64,000 bases of DNA, from contig JBCCWC010000014.1 in assembly GCA_039194325.1 (NCBI GenBank), positions 32,001 to 96,000 on the forward strand, in the 5' to 3' direction. Below are positions 19,111 through 29,271 of the stretch, in pieces (position 1 is the stretch's first letter; the number at the start of each line of letters is the position of its first letter). Made by a program: the position numbers and the translations under genes. Under the pieces are notes generated by a model. It worked only from the letters and a program-made list of their open reading frames with translations. It was not told the origin of the DNA and did not search any database. Origin of the DNA: Myxococcota bacterium. Lineage in GTDB: Bacteria > Myxococcota_A > Polyangia > Nannocystales > Nannocystaceae.

Positions 19111-19213
19111 ATGCCGAGGCCGGGTCGGGAAGCGCGACTTCGTCGCGCCCGGCCTCGAAGTATCTATGCCGAGGCCGGGTCGGGAAGCGCGACTGCGTCG
19201 CGCCCGGCCTCGG
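19111..19213. repeat. Two tandem REP-like palindromic units (55-bp period)
   Basis: ATGCCGAGGCCGGGTCGGGAAGCGCGAC..GTCGCGCCCGGCCTCG at 19111 and 19166. Each unit can form a stem-loop. A related copy is at 37715. Confidence 0.8.
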
Positions 19214-19772
19214 TCTTCTCAGGAGCCGGTCCAGTCACGAGCCGCTCACTTCGAATCGGAGCGACCCCGGATGATGATCCGGTAGGAGCCGGCGCGGGTT
19301 GCACGGGGGGCTCCTATCGATCGAGAGGGTCGGCGCCGGCGGTACTGGCGCGTGCGGGCGAGCTCGGTCGAGTCTAGAGGCTCGCGGCGAAGGGTTCCGT
19401 CGGTCTTCGAGGTCTCGTTGGAGGACGCCATCGTTCGATAGTGGAAGCAAGACTCGGGCCATGGGCTAAACGCTGGAATACCCGCGGTGGTGTAGGGGGC
19501 TTTCGCACGCGCGCGATCGAGGTGTTCGAGGGTACTGGCTCGATTCGTCATGTCGATCGGACAGCCAGACGAGTGTTTTTGACGCATCGAGGTCGTTGGC
19601 TCGTCGGCCTGGGGGTGGAGCGGTGTGCGATGGGATCCCGCTGTTGGTGGCCGACCCGCCGCGAGCTCGTGTGGCGACTGTCGTCATCGAGGGGCATGGT
19701 CTTGCCCCTTGAACAGCGGTCGCGACGAGGCTCGGCGGGCGGTTTCGGCTACCGTTCGTGGGAGTCCCGACT

Positions 19773-22433
19773 ATGCGTGGTGAGAGCAGTGACGACCGGG
19801 ATGACCACCGGAATGACGACGCGCTGCTCGAAGGTCTCGCGAACTTGCTCGCCAAGAACACCGACGGCGATCTCTATCGAGGCGGTCGGGGGGATGATTC
19901 CGATCGCGCACCGTCGCCGCGCTCCGGGCCGGCCGCTCCACTGGCCCCGACGGTGGAGGAGGCGCCCAGCGACGACGCGGCGCCGATCGATCCCGTCAGT
20001 AGCGACGACGAGCGGGTCTTGCCCCATCTGGGCTTGGTGATCGATGGCAAGCGGGAGCTCATCCGGCACATCGGCGCCGGGTCGTTTGGTTCGGTCTACG
20101 AAGCGCGCCAGCGTGATCTAGATCGGCTCGAAGCGGTGAAATTCCTGCACGAGCGGTGGATGGGCGCCGAGTATGGCGAGATCCGTGCGCGGTTCTTGGC
20201 AGAGGCTCGGGTCATGGCACGGATGCAGGGCCCTCACCTGGTCGCGGTCCACGACTGGGGGATCTTGCCGGGCGGGCTGCCCTACTTCGTGATGGAGCGG
20301 CTCGAGGGCAAGACCCTGCGGCAGCGGCTTCACCAGGACGACAAGCTTCCCCTGCCCGAGGTGTTCGAGATCGCCGTCGGGCTGCTCAAGGGGCTTTGTG
20401 AGGTCCACGCGCACCGGGTGATCCATCGCGACGTCAAGCCGGGGAACATCATCCTCACCGACGACGGGATCAAGCTGCTGGATTTTGGGCTGGCCAAGAC
20501 CTCGATGGGCATGACGAGCGACGACGTGGTGATGGGGACGCCCCTTTATATGGCGCCCGAGGTCGTCACCGGCGAGGCGCGACCGGATGCCCGCACCGAT
20601 CTCTACGCGGCCGCGGTCGTGATCTACGAGATGCTCGCTGGTGAGGCGCCATTTCGTCGATCGGGCAAGCACCGCCGGGAGCTCGAGCGCTCGATCGTCC
20701 ACGAGGCTCCGGCGCCGCTGAGCGTCCGCCGACCGGGCCTACCTGCGGAGCTCGAGGCGCTCGTGCTGGGAGCGCTGGCCAAGCGACAGACGGATCGGCC
20801 GAGCACCGCCCAGGCCATGCTCGATCGCTTGCTCCACATCCAGGCGCGCTGGCGCGAAGCGGCGGACGTCGAGACTCGGCCGATCCGAGGCAACGTCGTC
20901 GAGGGTTCGTCACCGAACGGCGATGGGGTGTTCGAGGACGTCACGGGGCCCGACGGGGACGCGCCCGAGCTCGAGCGACCGGCGACTGGTCGGCGGCGGT
21001 GGCCCGCGGTGGCCCTGGTCGTCGTGGCCCTTGTGTTGGTCGGCGTGGGTGGAGCGATGTGGCCCTTGCGATCCGAGCGTGGCGATCTGTCGGACGGAAT
21101 CCTCGTGGTGCGCTCGTACTGGGCCTCCCAAGCCGTCGAAGACGCGCACGCGAGCGCGTGCGCGGCCCTGGGTGGTGAGCGAGCGCTCCCGGCCGACGCG
21201 GTCGGTGGTCGGCCCGTCCGTTGTGTCGCGCTGTCGTGGTGGGACGCTGCATGGCCGCGCCTTCAACGGCTTGGTGATGCGCGGGGGGCTGGGGCGGTGG
21301 TGTTGGTGAGCGAACGGGCTGTTCGGATCCGGGTGTCTGATCAGGGCCCGATGAGCCCCCTGCTCGCCCAGCTGCCGTCGCTGGAGTTACCCACTGGGAC
21401 CGGGGCGATCGAGCGGGTGGCTCCGGTGCTCGAGGCGCTCTTGCGGCCCGGTGCGCCCGTGGGCGAGCTGCCGGTCCTCGACCCCGTGCGGGATGGATTT
21501 CATGCGACGGTGCTCGCCGAAGTGCTGCGTCGATACCACGGTGCTCGAGATCCCCAGACCCGCGAGCGGTTGGAGGTGCTCGCACGATGTGCGGGGGACA
21601 CGACCGACGCGGTCACGTCGTACTACTGTGATCTCGCCCAGCTGCTGCGTGCGATGGACATGCCGTGCGAGCGCGCGATCGTGCCGCTGCGCACGCTCGT
21701 TGCGGCGGCCGAGCCGAACGCCGACGTATTGGCATTGACCGCGCGGGCCGAGCTGGCGCGGTGCCTCGCGCGGGATGGTCGCGAGACCGCCCGAGATGAG
21801 GCGGAGCGTCTGGCCCTGGCCGTTCTCGCGGGTGGGCCCACTCCGTGCATTGCCGCGTCCCTGATGAGCACAGTGGCCCATATCGCCGCCAACGGGGGAG
21901 ATCGTTCGGGAGCATTGCGGCGGGGCACCACGCTCGATCTGGTCACCCTGCAGCGATGTCCTCGCCCCATGGTGGCTCGTGAGCTTGGTGAGCGTGCCTA
22001 CCTGCTGGCCACCGCCGAGCCGCCGCGGTGGTGCGCGGCCGCCCGCGATGCCGCCGACGCGCACGACCTGCTTGCTCAGGACATCGACGTGCTGGTCAAC
22101 TGGGCCGAGGCCGTGGCGATGTGCCCGAAGAGCACCACGTCGACCCGGGATGCCGTGGTGTCCGAGCTCGACCTCGCTTCAGTCGGGGCTGGTGCGCCAC
22201 GGGTTCGCGTGGCCTTCATGCGGTGGGTGCTGACGCGCGGAGCGGCCGACGCCCGCGCGGTGCTCGATGCGTACGACGACGTCTCGATGAACGAGGCTCC
22301 CCTGCCCCCGGGGCCATGGCCGAGCCTCGGGCTGTGTGAGTCCGACCGCTCGTCGTGTGCCTACGAGGTGCTGATGGCACCCAAGGGTCCGGACTCTGCG
22401 GTGCAGCTTGCCCGCGGGCTCGGCCTGGACTAG
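19773..22433 (+). CDS. Membrane-anchored Ser/Thr protein kinase
   Basis: IGAGSFGSVY, AVK, HRDVKPGN, DFG, YMAPE, then a TM segment (VALVVVALVLVGVGG) and a C-terminal helical Cys-containing region. Confidence 0.92.
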   Translation: MRGESSDDRDDHRNDDALLEGLANLLAKNTDGDLYRGGRGDDSDRAPSPRSGPAAPLAPTVEEAPSDDAAPIDPVSSDDERVLPHLGLVIDGKRELIRHIGAGSFGSVYEARQRDLDRLEAVKFLHERWMGAEYGEIRARFLAEARVMARMQGPHLVAVHDWGILPGGLPYFVMERLEGKTLRQRLHQDDKLPLPEVFEIAVGLLKGLCEVHAHRVIHRDVKPGNIILTDDGIKLLDFGLAKTSMGMTSDDVVMGTPLYMAPEVVTGEARPDARTDLYAAAVVIYEMLAGEAPFRRSGKHRRELERSIVHEAPAPLSVRRPGLPAELEALVLGALAKRQTDRPSTAQAMLDRLLHIQARWREAADVETRPIRGNVVEGSSPNGDGVFEDVTGPDGDAPELERPATGRRRWPAVALVVVALVLVGVGGAMWPLRSERGDLSDGILVVRSYWASQAVEDAHASACAALGGERALPADAVGGRPVRCVALSWWDAAWPRLQRLGDARGAGAVVLVSERAVRIRVSDQGPMSPLLAQLPSLELPTGTGAIERVAPVLEALLRPGAPVGELPVLDPVRDGFHATVLAEVLRRYHGARDPQTRERLEVLARCAGDTTDAVTSYYCDLAQLLRAMDMPCERAIVPLRTLVAAAEPNADVLALTARAELARCLARDGRETARDEAERLALAVLAGGPTPCIAASLMSTVAHIAANGGDRSGALRRGTTLDLVTLQRCPRPMVARELGERAYLLATAEPPRWCAAARDAADAHDLLAQDIDVLVNWAEAVAMCPKSTTSTRDAVVSELDLASVGAGAPRVRVAFMRWVLTRGAADARAVLDAYDDVSMNEAPLPPGPWPSLGLCESDRSSCAYEVLMAPKGPDSAVQLARGLGLD

Positions 22434-22492
22434 CTGCTAGCCATGTCGGGGGCTCGGCCTCGCCCCTTGGGGGGCTCGCGTGCCTCGACGAG

Positions 22493-25400
22493 TCATTGTT
22501 GGGCGTCGGGGCACACGTCCTCATCGTCCCCGAGCCCGCGTTCCCTTCGCTTCTTGGACGGTAGCGTCAGGGGCCCCCACTCTCCGGTCACGACGAACGA
22601 TCCCCAGAAGTAGGGGTGTTCACGGCCTTGGCACCGCAGGAACTCGAGCTGGGCGCGTTGCATCGCCTGGTCACGGGACTGTCCGTCTCGAAGGCTGCGA
22701 TAGAATTGCTTCATCAACCACGGGGTGGCTTCATCCGAGACATCCCACAGGCTCATGACGACGCTCTGAGCACCGGCGATGGCAATGCTCCGCTGAAGCC
22801 CGAGTACGCCTTCGCCAGCCTCGATCGCTCCGAGCCCGGAGCTGCACGCGGACAGCGTCACGAGCTGGGTTCCTCGGAGGTCCAGCCAGCTTATCTCATA
22901 GGCGGAGAGCAAGCCGTCATCGGGACCCTCCGCTGTGTCCTTCGCCCGGAGCGTCGGCTCGGCCATCTTCAGGCCCGAGAAGATCATCGGATCGAGCTGT
23001 GAGCCCATGCTCCGTCGCTGCTCGTCTTGGGAGAATCCGTGGGCCCCGATGTGGAGCATCCATGGCCTCGAGATCCCTCGAAACTTCGACTCGGTGGCTT
23101 CACGATCGTCCCATATATCGATGCCCCGGAAGATGTCTCGGAGGATCTGTGCTTCTTTGTTCGTCCCGGGAAGTCGTGCTCCCTTGGGGTTCGCGATGGC
23201 CAGGCCCGGCTCGACGGACGGCTCGAACCGGCTCCACGGGCGCAGGAGATCGCGTCCGGCGTTGAGGTAGTGCACGAGGTAGTCCTCTAGCAAGTACTTC
23301 CCGTCTTCGGTGGGGATGGTCGCGAAGGACACCCGCCTCATCTCTCCGTCGGGGGACAGGAGCAGCCGCCGCGCGCCTTCGAGATGAGGCAAGAGCGGGG
23401 CGATGAGCGCTTGATGGAGCCTTCGTCCAGACTCCGTGATGTCCGATCTCCCGATGATATCCTGGGAAAACGATCGGATCGATGCATCGATCTCCGCGGC
23501 GGGGCCGAGATCGATCCATTTGAACTGTTCATTTCGAATGACGCAGGCTGCATAGCGAGGCTCGGTCGCGGACTCGGGCTCGGGCTCGGGCTCGGACTCG
23601 GACTTGGGCTCGGGCTCGGGCTCGGACTCGGACTCGGACTCGGACTCGGCGGAGGGATCGAAGGGCACGTACCACAAGAACTCGACCAGGGCGTCGTCGG
23701 GCTGTAGCACCGATTGAACGTCCTCGATCTTCACCGGGCTCGGTGTCTGAGGCCGGATGCTGCCGAGCAGGAACGACTCGATGGCCTGCTGTTTCTTTCG
23801 GGCTTCTCGGAGCCCAAAGATGAAGCCGGGGCCCAGGCTGGACCGGCGTGTACCTCGCAAGGCGAACATGGCCACTTTCGCCCTTGCCGCCAGCGCTCGC
23901 TTGACCAGGCCCTGCGAGTCATGGGAGAAATTCTCATGCACCATGGGGTACGAGCTCGACAAGAGCCCGACCACGTTTCCCTTGCGATTGAGGGCCAGCT
24001 CAGTGGTGAATCGCTTGGTGCGATTCTTCCATAGCTCGCCGCTAAAGTGCAGCGATAGTGCTTGATGCACCGTATGTCGAGATGCCTCGACGGCCGCGAG
24101 CATTCGGCTCTCGTCCTTGGCCGTGATCAAGCTAGCGATCTGTACGTCTTGTTGGGCGACGATGAGCTCGACCGATGATTGTGCTTTGGAGAGGTCACCG
24201 TCGAGCCAGTATGCTGTGGTCAGCCCCGAGTAGACCGACATCATCTCGGGTCCGGCGTCCGGCAGCTCGGCCCCGACCGCCAGCGCCTTCTTGAAGCTCC
24301 GCTTGGCGGCCGTACGCTGCCCTCGGCGTAGCTGCGCGCGTCCGAGCCCGGCGTAGTTGCGCATGAGCGCACGGCCTCGGGCGCTCCCGAGGCCAAGGTT
24401 TATCTCGATGGCGGCCGTCCAGGCATCGATGGCGTCCGTCGATGACCCTTCGTGGAGGTGAACCTCGGCCATGATGTCGAGATCGTCGGCGATGTCGGGG
24501 TGGTCGGCGGGGAGGTCTTGGCGATCTTCGTGCATGGCTCGCTCGATGATCTCCTTGGCCTTGGCGTATCGTTTGCGCGACAGGTTGAGCCGTGCTTGCT
24601 CTCGCAGCGCGGAGGTCCGGCGGAGCTGGAGGGATACGTTGCCGGAGATGAGCGCGAGTGCCTCGGCGTAGAGCTGCTCGGCATTGTCGAGGTCACCCTG
24701 CTGGGCATGGAGCCGAGCGAGATCGAGGGTCGCGTCGAGCACCTCCCGCCCTTGTTCCGTCGCGCGCGTAAGCTCGAGGAGCTTCTCATAGAGCGCTCGG
24801 GCCTTGTGTAGCTCGCCCTTGGTCATGTAGATGTTCGCGAGGTCGTGCATTGCACGTCGTCGCTCGCCGTATCGCTTGCATCGCGGGAAGACCTTCGCGG
24901 TCGGCTTGAACCATGTGCCCGTTGCCAACGACTCGTTCCACTCGAAGAAGTCCCATGGTCGGGCCAGCTCGACGCTGGGCCTGAAGCATCCTTCGGTATG
25001 CTCGAGCCCGTCGGGGGTCGATATGTCCGGAGATAGAGCTGCTTGGTACATGGCCTCCGCGTCGTCGAGTCGACCCTCGCGGAGGTGGATGTCGCCGAGG
25101 TGGCTGTATGCGACGGCAACTCGCTCGTGCGCGTAGTCGTCCTTGGCCTGGTATTCATCAATGACTCGCTCGTAGACCGGCAGCGCCTCTGCGTACTTTC
25201 GTTGTCGCCAGTACATCCGCGCAAGATCTTCTTGGTGAACCAGTGTGTCTGGGTGGTCTTTGCATAGCTCGGCCTCGGTGATGTCCAGCGCTTCTCGATA
25301 CAGTCGCTCGGCGGCTCTCCAGTCGCCACGCAACTCGTGGAAGTAGGCCAAATTGCTAATATATGTGGTTGCATACAAGGGCTTCCCATACGAACGCACC

Positions 25401-25900
25401 AACCGCAGGGCTTCTTCGGCATAGGACCGGGCACGCTCGATGTCTCCGAGAGCACTATGGGCTTCAGCGAGGCTGCTCAACAGCAGGGGATATTCCGCCA
25501 CGCGAGGACTGTCGCGGTGCCATCGCCTCGCGCTGGGGGCCGCCGTTCTGTAGACGTCGATGGCGATCCAATGCATGCCGTGCTTGTGGTAGAGTTGTCC
25601 TAGCTGAATCATGCAATTCGTATACTCGCGTGGCTCCTTTCGGTAGAACATCTGGGTGGCCTGGCAGGCATATGTCATGTTCTCGATGGCTTTGCGTTGG
25701 TCGCCGCGTCGATCGTGGAAGTAGGCATTGTGTTGATGGGCGAGGAACTGGTATCCTTTAGGGATGAGCGGAAGTGCGGTTCCACCCGGAGCTGGCCGAT
25801 AGAGGCATGACCATGCAGGCAAGAGCAGGATCACGAGCAGCACGACGTGGATCGTAGCTCGTCGCGCTGTCGAGGCTCGATGCTCGGGGAGGGGGGCCAT
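22493..25900 (-). CDS. Secreted TPR + CHAT (caspase-like) domain protein
   Basis: Hydrophobic signal VVLLVILLLPAWSC, many TPRs, and CHAT motifs LLSPDG, LHIGAHG, LVTLSACSSG, SLWDVSD, HPYFWGSF. Start is probably at 25900 or 25942, not 26245. Confidence 0.88.
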   Translation of the reverse strand: MAPLPEHRASTARRATIHVVLLVILLLPAWSCLYRPAPGGTALPLIPKGYQFLAHQHNAYFHDRRGDQRKAIENMTYACQATQMFYRKEPREYTNCMIQLGQLYHKHGMHWIAIDVYRTAAPSARRWHRDSPRVAEYPLLLSSLAEAHSALGDIERARSYAEEALRLVRSYGKPLYATTYISNLAYFHELRGDWRAAERLYREALDITEAELCKDHPDTLVHQEDLARMYWRQRKYAEALPVYERVIDEYQAKDDYAHERVAVAYSHLGDIHLREGRLDDAEAMYQAALSPDISTPDGLEHTEGCFRPSVELARPWDFFEWNESLATGTWFKPTAKVFPRCKRYGERRRAMHDLANIYMTKGELHKARALYEKLLELTRATEQGREVLDATLDLARLHAQQGDLDNAEQLYAEALALISGNVSLQLRRTSALREQARLNLSRKRYAKAKEIIERAMHEDRQDLPADHPDIADDLDIMAEVHLHEGSSTDAIDAWTAAIEINLGLGSARGRALMRNYAGLGRAQLRRGQRTAAKRSFKKALAVGAELPDAGPEMMSVYSGLTTAYWLDGDLSKAQSSVELIVAQQDVQIASLITAKDESRMLAAVEASRHTVHQALSLHFSGELWKNRTKRFTTELALNRKGNVVGLLSSSYPMVHENFSHDSQGLVKRALAARAKVAMFALRGTRRSSLGPGFIFGLREARKKQQAIESFLLGSIRPQTPSPVKIEDVQSVLQPDDALVEFLWYVPFDPSAESESESESEPEPEPKSESEPEPEPESATEPRYAACVIRNEQFKWIDLGPAAEIDASIRSFSQDIIGRSDITESGRRLHQALIAPLLPHLEGARRLLLSPDGEMRRVSFATIPTEDGKYLLEDYLVHYLNAGRDLLRPWSRFEPSVEPGLAIANPKGARLPGTNKEAQILRDIFRGIDIWDDREATESKFRGISRPWMLHIGAHGFSQDEQRRSMGSQLDPMIFSGLKMAEPTLRAKDTAEGPDDGLLSAYEISWLDLRGTQLVTLSACSSGLGAIEAGEGVLGLQRSIAIAGAQSVVMSLWDVSDEATPWLMKQFYRSLRDGQSRDQAMQRAQLEFLRCQGREHPYFWGSFVVTGEWGPLTLPSKKRRERGLGDDEDVCPDAQQ

Positions 25901-25944
25901 GGCGAGGGGGTGTTGGTGTTGTTGGTGGTGGTGTCGTGCCATGT

Positions 25945-26811
25945 CTAGAAATGACCCCGCATCGAGACATAAGGAGCGCGCGCGACCGAGGGCGCAGATG
26001 CGGTGGGCAGCGCCGACACCATGATCGACCAGCCCATTCGGTTGTACCCGCTGGCGTACCCCTTTTGCATGTAGCCGATGCTCGTAGCGAGGTCGGCGAG
26101 GATGATGCCAGAGTAGAAAATGGAGTATCCGGTCTTTAGTTTCTTTGGGTTGCTGAAGCCGTCGGGGCGGGAGAGGACTCCGAAGGCGGCTCCGGTGAAC
26201 GCCACGCTCGTAAGGAGGGCGAGCTTCGACAGCAAGAGCCCCCACCGGGCCGTCCGCGCTGCGAATACGCTCTCTTTGGCCGGTCCAAAGGACTTCTGAT
26301 AGGCTTGATACCGCCCGTATCTATACATGCCGCCGAAGAGGAACCCGTGGCCTGCGTATGCGACGGGAGCACTAACTCCCAGGACCAGGATCGGCAATAC
26401 GGCGATGTCGATCACGTTGTCGGAGCTCAACGCATAGGCGAGCATCGAAACTCGCCCCACGAACGCGGCGCTCGCGAGGACCCCGCCGACGGCCAATAAG
26501 CCCTTTCCGCTGCGCAGTTTCTTGGTCTTGCAGGGGGGGGACGCGTCGCGTTGGCGCTTGACGCCGTCGCTGGGGCCACTGGGGTCGGGCGTAATGCTCT
26601 TTGGCCCTTGTCGTTCTTGGACCAGTGGGCCCGAGCGGGCGAGAACGCCGTCATCGGCAGGGGCGGTGTCTGCCGATTCGGTGGAGGCCAGGGCGGCTCT
26701 CGAAGCCGGCTGAACAGTACAAAGACTCGCGGGAGAGTCATGTCGGGTGAAATCTGGGGCTCTTACCACTGGTGATGAGGACAGCAGCACGGCCAGGAGT
26801 GAGCGCAGCAT
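25945..26811 (-). CDS. Hypothetical membrane protein
   Basis: Signal-like MLRSLLAVLL, several hydrophobic helices, and C-terminal ...SMRGHF. Confidence 0.6.
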   Translation of the reverse strand: MLRSLLAVLLSSSPVVRAPDFTRHDSPASLCTVQPASRAALASTESADTAPADDGVLARSGPLVQERQGPKSITPDPSGPSDGVKRQRDASPPCKTKKLRSGKGLLAVGGVLASAAFVGRVSMLAYALSSDNVIDIAVLPILVLGVSAPVAYAGHGFLFGGMYRYGRYQAYQKSFGPAKESVFAARTARWGLLLSKLALLTSVAFTGAAFGVLSRPDGFSNPKKLKTGYSIFYSGIILADLATSIGYMQKGYASGYNRMGWSIMVSALPTASAPSVARAPYVSMRGHF

Positions 26812-26865
26812 GGTGCTCGGAGTCTTTCTGATGTAGATGCTCTTCGTCGGGAGGACGCAAGAGGA

Positions 26866-27714
26866 ATGGATGGTGCGCACAGGTGCTTGCTATGTCGAGG
26901 CGCCGATTGGCGTGGTCGTGACGGGTTGATCCGCGTACGCGATCCACGTAGGCTCGCCGAGGTGTCGTACCATCGCGTGCGCTGGCGTTGCTCGGTGGCC
27001 GCCTCGATGCTGTGCGCTGTGTGCGTTGTGGGGGCCTGTCGTGCGCTGCCGCCCACCGAGATCGTACGCGGCTGGGTCAGGGGTGAGCAGGAGCGAACGA
27101 TCAGGATCGATGCACGGGGGACCTCGCTGGGTCTGCTCCTCGCGCCAACGCAGGGGCAGGAGCAAGGGAATCCCTTGCCGGGTAGCTGTGCCTGGGATCT
27201 CATCTCGATCCTCCCGGCGCCACTGGCAACGGGAGAAGTCTTCGCCTCGGATGAGAGCGGCCGAGTCCTTCGATACGCCAATGGACGATGGACGCCAATG
27301 GGCGCCCTGGCGGAGGTGCCCCCGGTCGGGGTCTTGCTCGGGTTCGAGGCGGCTACTTCTCCACTGGTCATGCTCGTCGAGCAAAAAGAGCAGAACACCT
27401 TGTGGAGCTTGACGGTCGTAGGCGCCGAAATTACCGACGTTGCTCGGTTGCCCGCCCGCAGGCCGACGTTTGCCGATCGGCAGAGCTTCCTCGAGCAGTA
27501 CGATGTTGGTCGTTGTGTCCATGCGGATCAGGACTGTCTCTTCTTGAGCAAGAGTGTCGGTAGCCGCGAGATCTCCGTCTATCGAGAGCCATTGCCCGGC
27601 CTGGCGCGCACTCGAGTCAGAGTGTTGAACGAGTCTGTTCGGGATGTTGCCTACGTCGAAGGCTCGGAAGGACGGAGCCTCTATGTGCTGACCAATATCG
27701 AATGTAGCCAGTGA
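26866..27714 (+). CDS. Hypothetical secreted protein / lipoprotein
   Basis: Lipobox-like CVVGAC followed by a beta-rich globular region. Start is uncertain. Confidence 0.5.
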   Translation: MDGAHRCLLCRGADWRGRDGLIRVRDPRRLAEVSYHRVRWRCSVAASMLCAVCVVGACRALPPTEIVRGWVRGEQERTIRIDARGTSLGLLLAPTQGQEQGNPLPGSCAWDLISILPAPLATGEVFASDESGRVLRYANGRWTPMGALAEVPPVGVLLGFEAATSPLVMLVEQKEQNTLWSLTVVGAEITDVARLPARRPTFADRQSFLEQYDVGRCVHADQDCLFLSKSVGSREISVYREPLPGLARTRVRVLNESVRDVAYVEGSEGRSLYVLTNIECSQ

Positions 27715-28079
27715 GAGGTCTTCAGGGTCCGCTCGAAGATCTCGGCGAAGAGTTCATCGGCTTGTTGACGGCATCGCTGCTCGGGCGGAGCATCGAGCGC
27801 TTGGCTTTTGTTTGGCCTCATCGAGCCATGGGGCCCGAACAGATGCCGGACGGTCGGCCCGTTCGGAGGATTGCGGAATTTGCGCGCTCCCGCTTTGGGT
27901 CCCCATGGTGCAAGCAGAGTGGTGCGCATGCAGTGATCAGTAGGGGCCGTTCGTCAGAATTTTCTACCGGGCGGCCCAAGAAATTCTCGACGACCCCGAG
28001 TCGTGTGCGTGAATGCCGCAGAACGCGTGCAACAACGAGGACAGCGAGGACGGATGACGAGGGCCGGCGCACCGACGAG

Positions 28080-29267
28080 TCAGTCGCCGCCGCAGCCGCC
28101 GCAGCCAGACCCACAACTGGACCCGCAACTGGACCCGCAACTGGACCCGCAGCTAGACCCACCCGAGTCGACGCTGCTGCTAAAGCCGAGCGAGTCGAGC
28201 CAGCCTCCGCCGTCGTTGCTGCTGATGCTGCTGAGCTCGCTGCTGGTCTCACTGGTCTCGCCACCGGATGGCGCCAGCGCGTCTGGGGGAAAGCATGCCT
28301 GGTACTCGCTGCCTTCGTGAAAGGTCACGTCGGAGACCTGCTGCGGGGGCGCGAAGTCGGCCTGGGGATTGAGGGTGTCCTCGCGGCCGGCGTCGAACCC
28401 CAAGGGACCCACGTCCAGGACGCCCCGTCCTGCTTCGTCGACCAATGACACGTTGCTGATGTACCGGTTGTGGGCGTGGCTCATCTCCGACCAGACCCAT
28501 GCGTAGAAGAAGGCGTCTGCGAAGCCGTGGTAGCCCCCGAAGATCGGGTCGCCATGGGCATCCCACCCGTCGTCGTAGTCGACCTCGTTCGCGTGGCCTC
28601 GCCGCCGCTTCGGCCGAACGATCTTGCGCTGGCTCTGGGTCTCGATGTCGTCGATGTGCATGTGCTGCGACACCGCCTGCTTGACCGATTCGACGAAGGT
28701 GTCGAACGCAGCGTGGCGATCCTTGACGAAGGCGTCGTAGCTCGATTGCTCGGTGAAGATCGGGCCCAGGTGTTTGTCGAGCGCGTCGGCATCGCGGCTC
28801 GAGGACCCGAGCTCTCCGAGCACTCCGTTGACGTTGATCGTGATCGGATACTCGCCGGGGGCGTGCATGCGCAGCACGTCGATCTGGAGCAGATACTTGA
28901 AGACCGCGTCTTGGTGCTCGAGCACCAGGGTCAGGCGGTCGAACACGTCCTTGCCAAAGGCGCTGGCCTCCGAGGCGGCGAACGACTGCAGGGCCGGCTG
29001 CAAGTCGTCGGGGCGGCCTTGTTTGTCGTGGTAGAAGTCTTGGCCGTCCTTGGCTAGGCGCACGATGTTGGTGATGCCCACCGTGCGCAGGGCCGCGTTG
29101 AGCTGCTGCAAGATGCTCACCGCGGTGAAGGTCTCGACCTCCATCTTCGTCCCGGCCAGGCCGGCCGTAAGGTAGTAGAAGAAGCGGCCGAAGGCCTTGC
29201 TCGGCTTGACGCGCTCGAGCGTGGTCAGCTGGGATGGATCGATGCGGAGGTTGCTCGAGAAGTACAT
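28080..29267 (-). CDS. Hypothetical protein with a C-terminal (SSCG)n-GCGGCGG tail
   Basis: Start MYFSSN at 29267. Ends GGSSCGSSCGSSCGSSCGSGCGGCGGD. Confidence 0.8.
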   Translation of the reverse strand: MYFSSNLRIDPSQLTTLERVKPSKAFGRFFYYLTAGLAGTKMEVETFTAVSILQQLNAALRTVGITNIVRLAKDGQDFYHDKQGRPDDLQPALQSFAASEASAFGKDVFDRLTLVLEHQDAVFKYLLQIDVLRMHAPGEYPITINVNGVLGELGSSSRDADALDKHLGPIFTEQSSYDAFVKDRHAAFDTFVESVKQAVSQHMHIDDIETQSQRKIVRPKRRRGHANEVDYDDGWDAHGDPIFGGYHGFADAFFYAWVWSEMSHAHNRYISNVSLVDEAGRGVLDVGPLGFDAGREDTLNPQADFAPPQQVSDVTFHEGSEYQACFPPDALAPSGGETSETSSELSSISSNDGGGWLDSLGFSSSVDSGGSSCGSSCGSSCGSSCGSGCGGCGGD

Positions 29268-29271
29268 GGCG

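Noticed and set aside
19220..19760. Short overlapping ORFs upstream of the kinase
   Set aside because: No motifs or convincing coding signal, so treated as intergenic.
25943..26245. N-terminal extension of the CHAT protein
   Set aside because: It overlaps the upstream membrane-protein gene, and the signal peptide lies downstream of 25900.
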